From Capsulimonadales bacterium (lineage in GTDB: Bacteria > Armatimonadota > Armatimonadia > Armatimonadales > Armatimonadaceae): a DNA stretch of 64,000 bases. The notes under the pieces were generated by a model that saw only the letters and a list, made by a program, of their open reading frames with translations, was not told the DNA's origin and did no database searches. Numbering within the stretch: position 1 is the stretch's first letter; each line of letters starts with the position of its first letter. Below, piece after piece: positions 48,387 through 58,654 of this stretch. The position numbers and the translations under genes are program-made. The stretch lies in assembly GCA_033762295.1 (NCBI GenBank), contig JANRLW010000064.1, positions 32,001 to 96,000 on the forward strand, written 5' to 3'.

Positions 48387-49049
48387 ATGCCTCAGATGAC
48401 AGGCGCGGCAACAGGTCGCGTCACGCCCCCGTTGCGATTCTCCGATATCCCCGGCCAGGGCGATATCAAAGTGCTGAACTATGCCCTTGCCCTGGAAGCG
48501 TTGGAAGCGGACTTATACGCCCAGGCTCTGTTGCGTCTGACCGGCGGCGGGACGAATCAACTCGGGCGAACCATTCCGGGATTGGGCCTGAATGACAGTG
48601 CGCCGGATGTCCGTTACGTCCGGGAGTTCGGTCAGGTGGAGGCGCAGCATCGGGATTTCCTGAACGGCGCCCTGGGCGGGCAATCCATCCTGCTGTCCGC
48701 TCTGCGAACCGCACGGTTCGACTTCGGTATCGAAACGCAGAGCCGTCAGCAGGTCGTCGATCTGCTGTACACGGTGGAGAACCTCGGCACGCAGGCGTAC
48801 CTCGGCGCCATCAAGTTCTTCGCGACGAAGACCTACCTTCTGCCGGCGGGTGCGATTCAGGCGACCGAGGCGCGGCACACGGCAGTGATTGCCGCCATCT
48901 CCAACGCCCTGTTCGGACCGACCAAACTGACCGCTCCGCTGGCCGGTCAGACGGCCAACATCAACGGCCAGGTCAATACCGCCGGAATCGACAGCACGGC
49001 GGAACCGGATGCCGTCCTGGCGACCGCCTCTCCCTTCATCGTTCTTTGA
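48387..49049 (+). CDS. ferritin-like domain protein
   Basis: LNYALALEALEADLY, EAQH, E.LG..AYLGA, EARH. Confidence 0.87.
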   Translation: MPQMTGAATGRVTPPLRFSDIPGQGDIKVLNYALALEALEADLYAQALLRLTGGGTNQLGRTIPGLGLNDSAPDVRYVREFGQVEAQHRDFLNGALGGQSILLSALRTARFDFGIETQSRQQVVDLLYTVENLGTQAYLGAIKFFATKTYLLPAGAIQATEARHTAVIAAISNALFGPTKLTAPLAGQTANINGQVNTAGIDSTAEPDAVLATASPFIVL

Positions 49050-49057
49050 TTTTACAC

Positions 49058-49084
49058 GGCCCCCGAAAAATTCGGGGGCCTTTC
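49058..49084 (+). terminator. intrinsic terminator
   Basis: GGCCCCCGAA-aaa-TTCGGGGGCC followed by TTTC. Confidence 0.7.
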
Positions 49085-49156
49085 TCCGCCCGGGTTGTGA
49101 AGCCTTTGACTACGGGAGGCGACTAAACGCCGTATCCGCCCGTTGAGGAGGTTGTC

Positions 49157-49849
49157 ATGCGCCAAGCCGTTACGATCCTGACCGCCCTGTTCGCCCTTGC
49201 CGTCCGTGCCGTGCCCGTCGCCGCCCAAAGCGGCGGGAGCGAGGAGATACGGACGCAATTCATGTTCCGTCATCTCCGCCCCAGCGCATTCGTCCGCCAG
49301 TTAACCGAGGTCGAACGGTTGCCGTCGCCGGTCGCCGGAGTCGCTCCCGTCCTGCCCTCGCCGGCGCCGCCGGTCCGTGATCTCTCGCAGATGATCCCCG
49401 ACGACGATCGGAATCGGCTGACCGTTCGTGGAACGAAGGAAGCCGTGGGCGTACTGAGAACCCTCGTCACTTTGCTCGATGTGCCCGAACGTCTCTCCAC
49501 CCTGCGATACCGGTTGTGGTTCCGCAAGCAAGGCAATACCGCGCGCGGGACCGTCGCGGCTGAAGGAGCGATCCCGGAGGCGAACCGGGGCCGGCATCGG
49601 ACGACGATGATTGTCGAACGGCTGCCGATCCGACTTGACACGCTGGCCCGAAGACACGGTAACGGGGCGCTGACCGTAGTAACGACGCTCGCCGTCGATG
49701 AAATCCGTGCGGGCGACAGGATACATCAGACACAGGTCACCGGAACGGTGCTGGTACGTCCCGGCGCACCTCGTTCGAAGAGTCCCCAGCTGGAACTGAC
49801 AACCCGAGACGGCATTTTCGAACTGGAACTACTGCCCGGTAAGGGCTGA
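49157..49849 (+). CDS. secreted protein with secretin-N/NolW-like repeat
   Basis: Signal peptide; DDRNRLTVRGT.E.V..L..LV..LDVP. Confidence 0.55.
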   Translation: MRQAVTILTALFALAVRAVPVAAQSGGSEEIRTQFMFRHLRPSAFVRQLTEVERLPSPVAGVAPVLPSPAPPVRDLSQMIPDDDRNRLTVRGTKEAVGVLRTLVTLLDVPERLSTLRYRLWFRKQGNTARGTVAAEGAIPEANRGRHRTTMIVERLPIRLDTLARRHGNGALTVVTTLAVDEIRAGDRIHQTQVTGTVLVRPGAPRSKSPQLELTTRDGIFELELLPGKG

Positions 49850-49949
49850 AGCGAATATTCAAACCCGCAAAAACGGGGCGATGCGTCGATCAGGGGACGC
49901 GTCGATAAGCCTCACCGCCGGAACCGATTCGGGGTGTATAATCGTTACC

Positions 49950-50639
49950 GTGAAGGAAACCACGGGACAACGACGACGGGGGCGACGTCCGGCGGATGCG
50001 GGCATTCGGCGGCAAGCGGTGGAAAAAGCGATCGCCGACCTGACGGAGGGCGGCGTTCCTTTTTCCATGCAGGACGTCGCCGAACGGGCCGGAATCTCGC
50101 GTGCGACCCTCTACCGGGACGCCAACCTGCGGGATCTCGTCGGCGCGGCGGGGGAAGGTCCCGCCCTTCGTCCGGTCACGGGCCGTGAATACGATCAATT
50201 GAAGGAGCGAGCGGAAACGCTCGCCCGTGAACAACGTCGCCTGAAACTTGCCCTGCGTCAGGCGGAGGACCGGGCGCGAGCCGCCGAGCAGCGGGTGATG
50301 GAACTCACCGACGCGCATTCGGAACGGGAGCGCGCCGGTCGAAACGCTCAGGAACCGCCGACCAACGCCGAACTGGAGCAGGCGCGGAAGGAAGCCTACG
50401 CCGACGGGTTTGCCGCCGGAGTGCGGGCCGCCGGGCCAAGGGGCGGTGTGGGTGCGGGACGCAGCGGAAGCGAACTCGGCGCGGTGGCGGCCCGTCTGCC
50501 GAAAGCCGCGCTTCTCAACGCTCGTAGGACCCTGGTTCGCGCACTGCACCCCGACCTGTTCGCGCAGGACCCCGCCGCCGCCCTGCTCGCCACCGAATTG
50601 TTGAAACAGCTCAACGCGGTCACGCAGAGCAATCGATAA
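49950..50639 (+). CDS. TetR-like HTH + coiled coil + J-domain-like C-terminus
   Basis: FSMQDVAERAGISRATLY; heptad stretch; RRTLVRALHPD...LLKQLN. Confidence 0.7.
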   Translation: MKETTGQRRRGRRPADAGIRRQAVEKAIADLTEGGVPFSMQDVAERAGISRATLYRDANLRDLVGAAGEGPALRPVTGREYDQLKERAETLAREQRRLKLALRQAEDRARAAEQRVMELTDAHSERERAGRNAQEPPTNAELEQARKEAYADGFAAGVRAAGPRGGVGAGRSGSELGAVAARLPKAALLNARRTLVRALHPDLFAQDPAAALLATELLKQLNAVTQSNR

Positions 50640-50664
50640 GATGGGCGTGCCGACCGTCCGTGAA

Positions 50665-50967
50665 CTAACGCGGAACGCTCGAGTACATCCGACCATCGCG
50701 GCTGTAAACGGTTTTCGCCGTTCCGGTCGCCCGGGAGGACGCCGTCCGGATTTCCGATTGCGCCACGCTCTCCGTCACGGCGTTGACATAGTTCTGAAGG
50801 CAGATTACCGATAACGTCATAAACAGCAGGACGACGATCAGGCCGCCCGACTTGATCCGCACCACCTTGCCATTTCCCTCGATGTCCACCGCCATATTTT
50901 TCAGATAGATCGTCATTTTCACTCCGGGGCGATGTATTTCGGTCATCGCCATATTTATTAAGGACAC
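50665..50967 (-). CDS. small hypothetical membrane protein
   Basis: Single TM helix; start uncertain. Confidence 0.35.
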   Translation of the reverse strand: MSLINMAMTEIHRPGVKMTIYLKNMAVDIEGNGKVVRIKSGGLIVVLLFMTLSVICLQNYVNAVTESVAQSEIRTASSRATGTAKTVYSRDGRMYSSVPR

Positions 50968-51192
50968 TTAAAGAACAGGCATCTTTCATGCCGCTTCGGG
51001 CCATGCTTCTGTGAAAAAAAAGACAGCGGGTTCCGGACCCCGCAGGGATACCGGGGAATCCCTGGAGAGTCAGGGACAGGGTCCGGTCCGGCTCTCCGCA
51101 GGTAAAGAGAGGAATTCGGGAGGCATCGGGCGAATCCTGCATAGCCGATGCCGCCGGTTGGCGGCACCGAGCCGGATGCCGGAGCAGGGATA

Positions 51193-52302
51193 GTGGAAAG
51201 CGTTCAGGTGACCCAGCTGGTCAAAAAGTTCGGAGATAAGGTCGTGGTCGATAACCTCGATCTTCAGGTGGATAAAGGAGAGTTCATGGTCTTTCTGGGG
51301 CCGTCCGGCTGCGGAAAAACGACGACTTTACGCTGCATTGCCGGACTGGAAATCCCGGATGGCGGCGAAATCCGGATCGGCGCGAACAGCGTCACCAAAC
51401 TTCCGCCCGCCGAACGGGATATCGCTTTCGTCTTTCAGTCGTTCTCCCTTTACCCCCACATGACCGTGCGCGAAAACCTCTCCTTTCCCTTGCGAGCGGT
51501 CCGAACCCCGGCCAATGTGATCGCCGAGCGAGTAACCGCGGCGGCCCGCTCCCTGCATATTGAGAAACTGCTCGACCGTCGCCCGAACAAACTGTCCGGA
51601 GGCGAGATGCAGCGGGTGACGATCGGCCGGGCCATCGTCCGACGGCCGCAGGTCTTCCTGATGGATGAACCGCTGTCGGCGCTCGACGCCAAGCTGCGTA
51701 CCGAGATGCGCGCGGAGATCAAACGACTGCAGAGCGATCTGGGCGCGACCACGATCTACGTCACCCACGATCAGCTGGAAGCGATGAGCATGGGCGACAA
51801 GATCGCGATCATGTACGGGGGAATACTGCAACAGGTCGGCACACCGACGGAAGTCTATGACAATCCTCGAAATCTGTTCGTCGCCGGGTTTATCGGATCT
51901 CCGTCGATGAACTTCTTGCCGGTCCGGCGCGAGGGCGATCAACTCCGGATCGTCGGAACCGAGGGGGCGAGCGACGTAATGCTGCCCATCGCCGCCGAAG
52001 CGGGACACCGTTTCTCCGGCGGGACGCCGGATCGCGAGTTGGTCCTCGGTGTCCGCCCGGAAGATATTCAACTGGTTTCCACCGGAAGCGTCGGCGCACC
52101 GGAGGCGGAGGTCTATGTCGTCGAACTCCTGGGATCGGAAAATATCATCAACCTCCGAATCGCCGGGCATATCGTCAAGGCGCGTACTCCGCCGACCTTC
52201 CGCCCGCAGGTCGGGGAAACTCCGGGACTGCGCCTCGATCAGACACGCAGCCACCTGTTCGATGCCGCTTCCACAATCGCCATCACGAAAAAGGAAGGGT
52301 AG
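51193..52302 (+). CDS. sugar ABC transporter ATP-binding protein (MalK/UgpC-like)
   Basis: GPSGCGKTT, LSGGEMQRV, MDEPLSALDAKLR, YVTHDQ, TOBE C-terminus. Confidence 0.94.
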   Translation: MESVQVTQLVKKFGDKVVVDNLDLQVDKGEFMVFLGPSGCGKTTTLRCIAGLEIPDGGEIRIGANSVTKLPPAERDIAFVFQSFSLYPHMTVRENLSFPLRAVRTPANVIAERVTAAARSLHIEKLLDRRPNKLSGGEMQRVTIGRAIVRRPQVFLMDEPLSALDAKLRTEMRAEIKRLQSDLGATTIYVTHDQLEAMSMGDKIAIMYGGILQQVGTPTEVYDNPRNLFVAGFIGSPSMNFLPVRREGDQLRIVGTEGASDVMLPIAAEAGHRFSGGTPDRELVLGVRPEDIQLVSTGSVGAPEAEVYVVELLGSENIINLRIAGHIVKARTPPTFRPQVGETPGLRLDQTRSHLFDAASTIAITKKEG

Positions 52303-52305
52303 GAA

Positions 52306-52524
52306 ATGCTACACGGACGTTTCGCCCAGATCGCCGAGTTCGCCTCGATCGTCCTGATCCTTCTCGGCATCGTCTGCCTCTGCCAGCCGTTCTTCTTCGT
52401 GCTTTTTCAAAACGGCTTTTCCCTGTTGCTGCTCGGATGGATCGGCCTGACGATCTTCTCGCACCGTCACCCGATCCTTCCGAAACCCGGCGACTCGAAT
52501 CCGTCCGCCGACCACGGTCATTGA
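52306..52524 (+). CDS. small 2-TM membrane protein
   Basis: 72-aa hydrophobic ORF 3 bp after the ABC ATPase. Confidence 0.65.
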   Translation: MLHGRFAQIAEFASIVLILLGIVCLCQPFFFVLFQNGFSLLLLGWIGLTIFSHRHPILPKPGDSNPSADHGH

Positions 52525-52551
52525 CCGATCCCGGCGGACGGAACCGGGCCG

Positions 52552-53133
52552 TCAGATCGCTTTGCCGACCTCGGTCGCTTCGGGCACTTCGATCAGTTTT
52601 CCCGTTCGGACATCATACACGTAACCGTAGATCGGGATCGATTTCGGCACCAGCGGATGAAGGCGAATGCGCCGGACATCGGTGATGACGCTTTCCGTTT
52701 CACTGCGGAAGGTCAGCCAGTCGATAAACTGCCCTTCCTCGGAGCCGGGTCCCGCTCCCGTATCGCGCCAGCCGTCCGCATCCACGGTCGCCGTCTCCAG
52801 ACTGCTGGCCAGCAAGCCCCGCATGATCTCATCGGAAAAAAGCGCCATGCCGCAGTCCGTATGATGAATCACGAAGAACTCACGGGTCCCGAGCAGTTTG
52901 TAGGAGATGACCAGCGAACGGATCGCATCATCGCTGGCGCGTCCGCCGGCATTGCGAATGACGTGCGCGTCGCCCTCGGACAGACCGGCAAATTTCGCGG
53001 GGTCCAGACGAGCGTCCATGCAGGTCAGCACGGCGAAGCGACGTCCGGGCGGCAGGGGGAGATTCCCTTTCTCACCGAAATTTTCGGCGTAGGCGGCGTT
53101 GGCGGCCAGCACCTCATCCAAAACCTGACTCAT
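52552..53133 (-). CDS. beta-class carbonic anhydrase (clade D-like)
   Basis: [22 protein letters not shown]. Confidence 0.92.
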   Translation of the reverse strand: MSQVLDEVLAANAAYAENFGEKGNLPLPPGRRFAVLTCMDARLDPAKFAGLSEGDAHVIRNAGGRASDDAIRSLVISYKLLGTREFFVIHHTDCGMALFSDEIMRGLLASSLETATVDADGWRDTGAGPGSEEGQFIDWLTFRSETESVITDVRRIRLHPLVPKSIPIYGYVYDVRTGKLIEVPEATEVGKAI

Positions 53134-53314
53134 TGCCTGAGATTTCCTTCCTGAGTTGCAAAGAATGCCCGGCCTCGAAACGGACAGGACCGGGCCGGAA
53201 GTAAATATACCTCCTCAGACCTTCCGGACGGATAGCATTGAACTTTTTACGGCGGTCATTCGTACATCGGGCAACACAATCCGCTGGACCGCATCCGGTT
53301 CGGCAGGGGGAAAA

Positions 53315-53911
53315 ATGAATACTTCCGTAAAAAATCGATGGGTGGGGGGCGGCGTGCTTGTCGCTCTGGGAATCCTGATATCGGTTCTGCCGGTATCCGC
53401 ACGACATCTCGTTCAGGACGACTTGCGGCGCTCCGCTCCGGAACTGACCGTGGAGGCGACAAACTGGATCAATACGGGGGGGAAAGCCGTCCGGTTGTAC
53501 GAAAACGGTACGAACAAGACGGTCGATCGGGTGACCGTCCTGGCATTCTGGACGCATGGTTGTATCAATTGCGAGCGCACCGTGCCTTTCTGGAACGATT
53601 GGGCGAAACGGTATGCGGAAAAAGGCGTATCGATTATCTCCATCCATACGCCCGAACTCGATTTCGAGCGGAAACCGGAAAACGTTCGGCGTTACGTCCG
53701 GGAGAAAGGCATCGTTTTCCCGGTAGCGATCGATAACGATTCGGCGGTGTGGAACGCCTACGGCGTTCGGGTATGGCCAACGACGATTCTCCTCGATGCG
53801 AAGGGGCGGGAGCAGGCTCGCTGGGAAGGGGAACTCGATTACAACAAAAGCGGAGGCTATAAACGGTTCGAGCGACGGATCGAACAACTGCTGCGTCGTC
53901 GACAACAGTGA
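53315..53911 (+). CDS. exported thioredoxin-like redoxin (DipZ/TlpA-like)
   Basis: Signal peptide, FWTHGCINC, IHTPE, VAIDND..VW.AY....WPT. Confidence 0.88.
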   Translation: MNTSVKNRWVGGGVLVALGILISVLPVSARHLVQDDLRRSAPELTVEATNWINTGGKAVRLYENGTNKTVDRVTVLAFWTHGCINCERTVPFWNDWAKRYAEKGVSIISIHTPELDFERKPENVRRYVREKGIVFPVAIDNDSAVWNAYGVRVWPTTILLDAKGREQARWEGELDYNKSGGYKRFERRIEQLLRRRQQ

Positions 53912-53957
53912 TAACAGTCCCCTTTCCGAAGCCGGAAAGGGGAGGGCACCGCAAGGA

Positions 53958-55664
53958 TCAACGATTTCGGTCGGAAAGGTCCCACAGACGACGTGACAGG
54001 CGGGCGGCGACCGCGAAATCGATCGGCAACTCCAAAGAACCGGTCAGGCAATCGTCCCGGTAACCGGCGGACGCCATCAGCGGAGCGTCGCCGCACAGCG
54101 CGGACAGATCGTTCGGGTCCCAATCCGTGTCGGATGTGGGGCGGGCGGTCGAAGTCAGTTTCGGGCGAAGCCAGTTCACGACCGCTTTGGTCTCGAGAAC
54201 GAACGCGATGTTTCGGTCCCTCGTCAGCGTCGACAGCGGGAGCGGAACCGCCGGCGGCTTGCGAAAGGCGTCGACCGAACGGTTCAGCAGGTCGGGAGCG
54301 GTCGCGAAGAGAACCGCCCGGTCGATCTGTGCGACCTGCTCGCTGGGAAGTGGGCGATCCGGCGCAGGGGCTCCCGGAGAGGAAACCTTCCAGTCCGTGG
54401 GCAGGGAACGATAGACCGCGTCTTTCGCCGTGCGGCGGGGAAACGTCAGCCGCGCATCGTGCGCCGTAATGGAGTCCGCAAGACGGTCAGCGAGGCGTGC
54501 GGGGTTGGCTCCGTGGGAATTGTCCAGGACGGCCAGAAGATCGACCGAGTCCGGATGGGAACCGGGATAGGCAGCGACGGTCAGGTGACCGGACAGAGCC
54601 CGAAGAACGTCCCGATCCAAACTGAGCTGTGTCTGACGTTCGAACTCGGCAACGGAGCGTTCCCAGGATCGCAGGCTCTCTCCACCGCTGCGCCGGACAG
54701 CCTCCTCGAATACGGCCAGGCATTTGCCGGGCTGCGCCATGACCACGAGGCCCAGCGAACCGGGTGGAATACGGAGGGCGGCTTCCGGTTTGATCGGAGC
54801 GATTCCGGCCATCGGGCGGAGCGCGTCCGCGTCGCCGCCGGTGACGCTGTCGAAAACGATGCCGTCTTTCCGAAGCGTCGCACTGAAGCAGGCCGGCTGA
54901 ACCTGCGACAGAAGACGGACCGTCGTTTCGTCGGGCGGGCCGCTTTGCCTCTGCGCCCGCCGGATCAGGTCGGGCGATACATAGCAGAGCAGGTTGGCAT
55001 CGGCCGGCAGCTTACCGCGCAGCCGAACGAAGGCCGGGTCCGCCGCCAGGGAGGTCCGTTGCGCCCGGTGGACGTTTCGAACCACTTGCAGCGACGATGG
55101 TTCCGACAGCAGGAGATAGCCGTCCGTGACAACGGCCGCGATATCGCCACGGAAGGGGGAATCGGAACCGGACGGGGAAAGGTTGAGAAAGTACATCGAC
55201 GGCCCGTCCCGGTCATCGGTTCGGATGGCATGGCGTTTCAAAACCGTAATCGCGTCGCTTTCCCGGCGTACGCGGACGACGATCACCAGATTGGGCGCGT
55301 CCGGTTGTCCGGGCTTGTCCCAGATCAGGACGCCGCCCGCGCCGGTCAGGGACGGCATCAGGTCGCGCAGGACCGGAACCGAGTCGGCCGCACGGTTCAG
55401 CGACGATTCGATACGTCGGTTGAGCCCTTCACGCTCCAGCGCGGAGGCGATGCGTCGGAAGGCTTCCGCCTGATCGAACGATCCCGGTTGCGGGTCGAGG
55501 CTGATCGCCAGGGCGGTCTGCGGCGGCGCGAAGAGGAGAAGCGTCCTTTCGCCGGGGCGACGTTCCCCGGAACTACCGAAATGCCGGGCCAGCGCCATTC
55601 CGAGCAGCACACCGAGAATAGCAATGAATGCGATTGCACCGAAAACGGTCAGGCGGCGGGTCAT
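53958..55664 (-). CDS. membrane-anchored DUF3352-like protein
   Basis: N-terminal TM anchor; SLA.DP.F, 'LSLDRDVL' pattern. Confidence 0.55.
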   Translation of the reverse strand: MTRRLTVFGAIAFIAILGVLLGMALARHFGSSGERRPGERTLLLFAPPQTALAISLDPQPGSFDQAEAFRRIASALEREGLNRRIESSLNRAADSVPVLRDLMPSLTGAGGVLIWDKPGQPDAPNLVIVVRVRRESDAITVLKRHAIRTDDRDGPSMYFLNLSPSGSDSPFRGDIAAVVTDGYLLLSEPSSLQVVRNVHRAQRTSLAADPAFVRLRGKLPADANLLCYVSPDLIRRAQRQSGPPDETTVRLLSQVQPACFSATLRKDGIVFDSVTGGDADALRPMAGIAPIKPEAALRIPPGSLGLVVMAQPGKCLAVFEEAVRRSGGESLRSWERSVAEFERQTQLSLDRDVLRALSGHLTVAAYPGSHPDSVDLLAVLDNSHGANPARLADRLADSITAHDARLTFPRRTAKDAVYRSLPTDWKVSSPGAPAPDRPLPSEQVAQIDRAVLFATAPDLLNRSVDAFRKPPAVPLPLSTLTRDRNIAFVLETKAVVNWLRPKLTSTARPTSDTDWDPNDLSALCGDAPLMASAGYRDDCLTGSLELPIDFAVAARLSRRLWDLSDRNR

Positions 55665-55788
55665 GCAGGAACCTCCTGTGGAACGGAACAAAGGGATTCG
55701 GCGATAAAATGAACCGGGTACGGAAAGAAAGACACGTGAAACCGACAGTGGTTGCGGAATCCGGGATTCCGACAGGGAAGGAAAAAGC

Positions 55789-56670
55789 ATGACGACCGCT
55801 CCGATGGAAGCGATGCCCGCCCCGGAAGGGGAGGCCGTTTCCGGAACATCCCCGGAAGTGCGGCTGGTTCGGAAGCATCCTCTGGCAATCCGGTGGAATC
55901 ACTGGATCAATTTTCCGGTCCTTTTCGTGATGGTCTGGAGCGGATTCCTGATTCTCTGGGCGCACGACGCGTACCCGAACGAACCGCTCGCGTTGAAAGT
56001 TCCGAACCGGATCTCGTTCTATCGCGGCCCCTCGGCTCCGGCGGCGCAGACCGAGTCCGAACCGGGGATTCGTTTTCCGGTGAACTTGCGTCTGCCCGGG
56101 GGCGGGGTGGCGGTGGTCTATGGCGACCGGGACACGGCGGAGTACCCCGCGCCCGTGGAGCGGCGGTGGGACATTCGTACCGGCTTCCGTCTGTCGGAGG
56201 GGATGGCCTGGCACTTTACCTTCGCCTGGCTATTTACACTGAACGGTGTCGCCTATACCGTGTTTCTGCTCGTTTCGGGGCAATGGCGGCATCTGGTCCC
56301 GCTTCGGAACTCGCTGACCGAGGCCTGGAAGGTCGTACTGCACGATGTCGGGCTGTACCGGAAACCGCTACCACCGGGCAAGTATAACCATGCCCAGCGG
56401 ATCGCCTACACCGGTGTCTGGGCGATGGGAGTCGGGATGGTGGTGACCGGACTGGCGATCTATAAACCGGCGCAAATGAACTGGCTGGCGGATCTGCTCG
56501 GGGGGTATCAGGCGGCGCGCACCGAACATTTCCTGTTGACGATGCTTTTTCTGGCGTTCTTCGTGATCCACATCGCACAGGTGATGCGTGCCGGATGGCA
56601 AAATTTTCAGGGAATGATCACGGGCTACGAACTGCAAAAACGATCGGAGACGGCAAATGAACGACTCTAA
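55789..56670 (+). CDS. cytochrome b/b6-like membrane subunit
   Basis: RWNHWIN, WHF..AW, KYN.AQR.AY, R..HF, IHI.QV. Confidence 0.88.
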   Translation: MTTAPMEAMPAPEGEAVSGTSPEVRLVRKHPLAIRWNHWINFPVLFVMVWSGFLILWAHDAYPNEPLALKVPNRISFYRGPSAPAAQTESEPGIRFPVNLRLPGGGVAVVYGDRDTAEYPAPVERRWDIRTGFRLSEGMAWHFTFAWLFTLNGVAYTVFLLVSGQWRHLVPLRNSLTEAWKVVLHDVGLYRKPLPPGKYNHAQRIAYTGVWAMGVGMVVTGLAIYKPAQMNWLADLLGGYQAARTEHFLLTMLFLAFFVIHIAQVMRAGWQNFQGMITGYELQKRSETANERL

Positions 56671-57136
56671 TTCCTGTCCCGCCTGTCATCGGCAAAACGA
56701 CACCGACGCCATCTTTTGCCGGCACTGCCGGAAAGCGCTCGGCCCGTTTCCGTATATCGAGGAGGAAGTGGAGCGAGAAACCGCCTGGTACGAACGCTGG
56801 GCCGAAAGAACCGCGGAGTTCATCGGGCGGCCCCATTATTTCGCGGTCCATACGGTCTGGTTTCTGGGATGGGCACTATTGAACGCCGGAATCGTAGCGG
56901 CGGTCGGGAAGTTCGATGCCTATCCGTACAATCTGCTCGGACTGATGCTCGGGATCGAAGCGATCTTCGTCACCGGATTTCTACTGATTGCCCAGAACCG
57001 GGAAAACACACGGGAACGGCGACTCGCCGAACTGGAGTACGAAATCAATGTCCGCGCCTACCGTGAAATTCAAGAGGTAAAAAGTCTGTTGAACGAATTG
57101 GCCGCACGGCGCGATCAGGGAGGAACGAATGGATAA
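56657..57136 (+). CDS. DUF1003 membrane protein with N-terminal Zn ribbon
   Basis: CPAC...CRHC; FDAYPYNLL...EAIF...LLIAQNR. Confidence 0.85.
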   Translation: MNDSNSCPACHRQNDTDAIFCRHCRKALGPFPYIEEEVERETAWYERWAERTAEFIGRPHYFAVHTVWFLGWALLNAGIVAAVGKFDAYPYNLLGLMLGIEAIFVTGFLLIAQNRENTRERRLAELEYEINVRAYREIQEVKSLLNELAARRDQGGTNG

Positions 57137-58016
57137 GGAAGCGACCGAACAACCGCTGACGGAAACGACGGAAGCGTCGGAGTCCGCACCGACACCGGTC
57201 GGTCCGGTCGCGCCTGCGAAAGTGACGATCGAGGCGGACGAACCCCTCACGGGAGGAGTCCTCACCGGGGAAGCCGCCGAGCGAGAGATGCGCCGCCATA
57301 CCCGCCGATCGTTTCTCTGGGCGGGTGCGGCGCTCCTCGGGGTGCCCGCCGGCTGGAAATGGTTCAACGATCATGCGCCGGAGGACGGCACGTCGATCAA
57401 ACAGGTATTTCGCCGGACGCTCCAATTCAATGAAACGGTGGCCCGTACGGTGTTTTTCTCACCGACCCATCGGGCGCGGGAGTTTCCGCGCGAAAAAGCC
57501 GTCGAACCGCGTAACAACTATAAGGGCGAGACGCCGGAGATAGACCTTGACTCCTGGCGGTTGCATCTGTCCGGGACGGCGGAGGGCGACCGGGTTCTGA
57601 CGATGGGCGATCTGGAAACGCTTCCACGGTCCGAGCAGACGACCGAACTGAAGTGCGTCGAGGGCTGGTCGGCGGTGGTGAACTGGTCGGGCATACCGCT
57701 CGTCGAATTCCTGAAAAAATACCCGGTGCCGGTCGGCGTCGAATACGTGTCCATGCGCTCGGAACCCGAAGGTTACGAGGATGAATGGTATTACGTCGGG
57801 CTGGATATGCCGGGGTGCCTGCACCCGCAGTCGCTTCTGGCCACCCATATGAACGGTGAACCGCTGACGGCGGCGCATGGCGCGCCGCTTCGACTGGTGA
57901 TGCCGCACAAATACGGGATCAAACAGATCAAACTGATCACGCACATCGCGTATGAAAAGGAACGCTCCAGGGATTACTGGGCCGAACAGGGGTACGATTG
58001 GTACGCCGGACTTTAA
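57129..58016 (+). CDS. molybdopterin-dependent oxidoreductase (sulfite oxidase/MsrP-like)
   Basis: TRRSFL Tat motif, [27 protein letters not shown]...GYDWYAGL. Confidence 0.9.
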   Translation: MDKEATEQPLTETTEASESAPTPVGPVAPAKVTIEADEPLTGGVLTGEAAEREMRRHTRRSFLWAGAALLGVPAGWKWFNDHAPEDGTSIKQVFRRTLQFNETVARTVFFSPTHRAREFPREKAVEPRNNYKGETPEIDLDSWRLHLSGTAEGDRVLTMGDLETLPRSEQTTELKCVEGWSAVVNWSGIPLVEFLKKYPVPVGVEYVSMRSEPEGYEDEWYYVGLDMPGCLHPQSLLATHMNGEPLTAAHGAPLRLVMPHKYGIKQIKLITHIAYEKERSRDYWAEQGYDWYAGL

Positions 58017-58038
58017 ACGGAATCGAGAAGGGACGGTT

Positions 58039-58638
58039 ATGAAACTCGCTAAAAAGATCGGATTCTTTGTGGTCGGCATCACGCTCGGAAGTGGAATCGC
58101 GTTCGCCTGGCAGGCACAACAGGCGCAGCCGGAGCCGCAGGAGCCGGCGAACGCTCGGACGGAGGCGAAAGACGCAAATACGGCGAAAGTCGGCAAGAAC
58201 GACGGCAAGCCGATTGTCCGGGTCGTGAAGAGCGATGCCGAATGGCGGAGAAGACTGACCCCCGGCCAGTATCACGTTCTGCGGCAAGCCGGGACCGAAC
58301 CGCCGTTTACGGGGGAATACTGGAACCACCACGGAAAAGGAACCTACGTCTGCGCGGGCTGTGACCTCGAACTGTTCTCCTCGGCCACCAAGTTCGAGAG
58401 CGGGACGGGCTGGCCGTCGTTCTGGCAGCCGGTGGGTCAAAAGCAGGTGATCGAGAAGACGGACCGAAGCCACGGAATGGTCCGGGTCGAGGTCGTGTGC
58501 GCCCGCTGCCGGGGGCATCTTGGCCATGTGTTCGATGACGGTCCGAAGCCGACCGGACTGCGCTATTGTATGAACTCCGCCGCTCTGAAGTTCGTACCGG
58601 CCGCCGGAAACAAAAACGAAAAGAGCGACCGGCACTGA
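58039..58638 (+). CDS. msrB: peptide-methionine (R)-S-oxide reductase with signal peptide
   Basis: [34 protein letters not shown]. Confidence 0.95.
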   Translation: MKLAKKIGFFVVGITLGSGIAFAWQAQQAQPEPQEPANARTEAKDANTAKVGKNDGKPIVRVVKSDAEWRRRLTPGQYHVLRQAGTEPPFTGEYWNHHGKGTYVCAGCDLELFSSATKFESGTGWPSFWQPVGQKQVIEKTDRSHGMVRVEVVCARCRGHLGHVFDDGPKPTGLRYCMNSAALKFVPAAGNKNEKSDRH

Positions 58639-58654
58639 GCGGGCCGGCTTTCGG

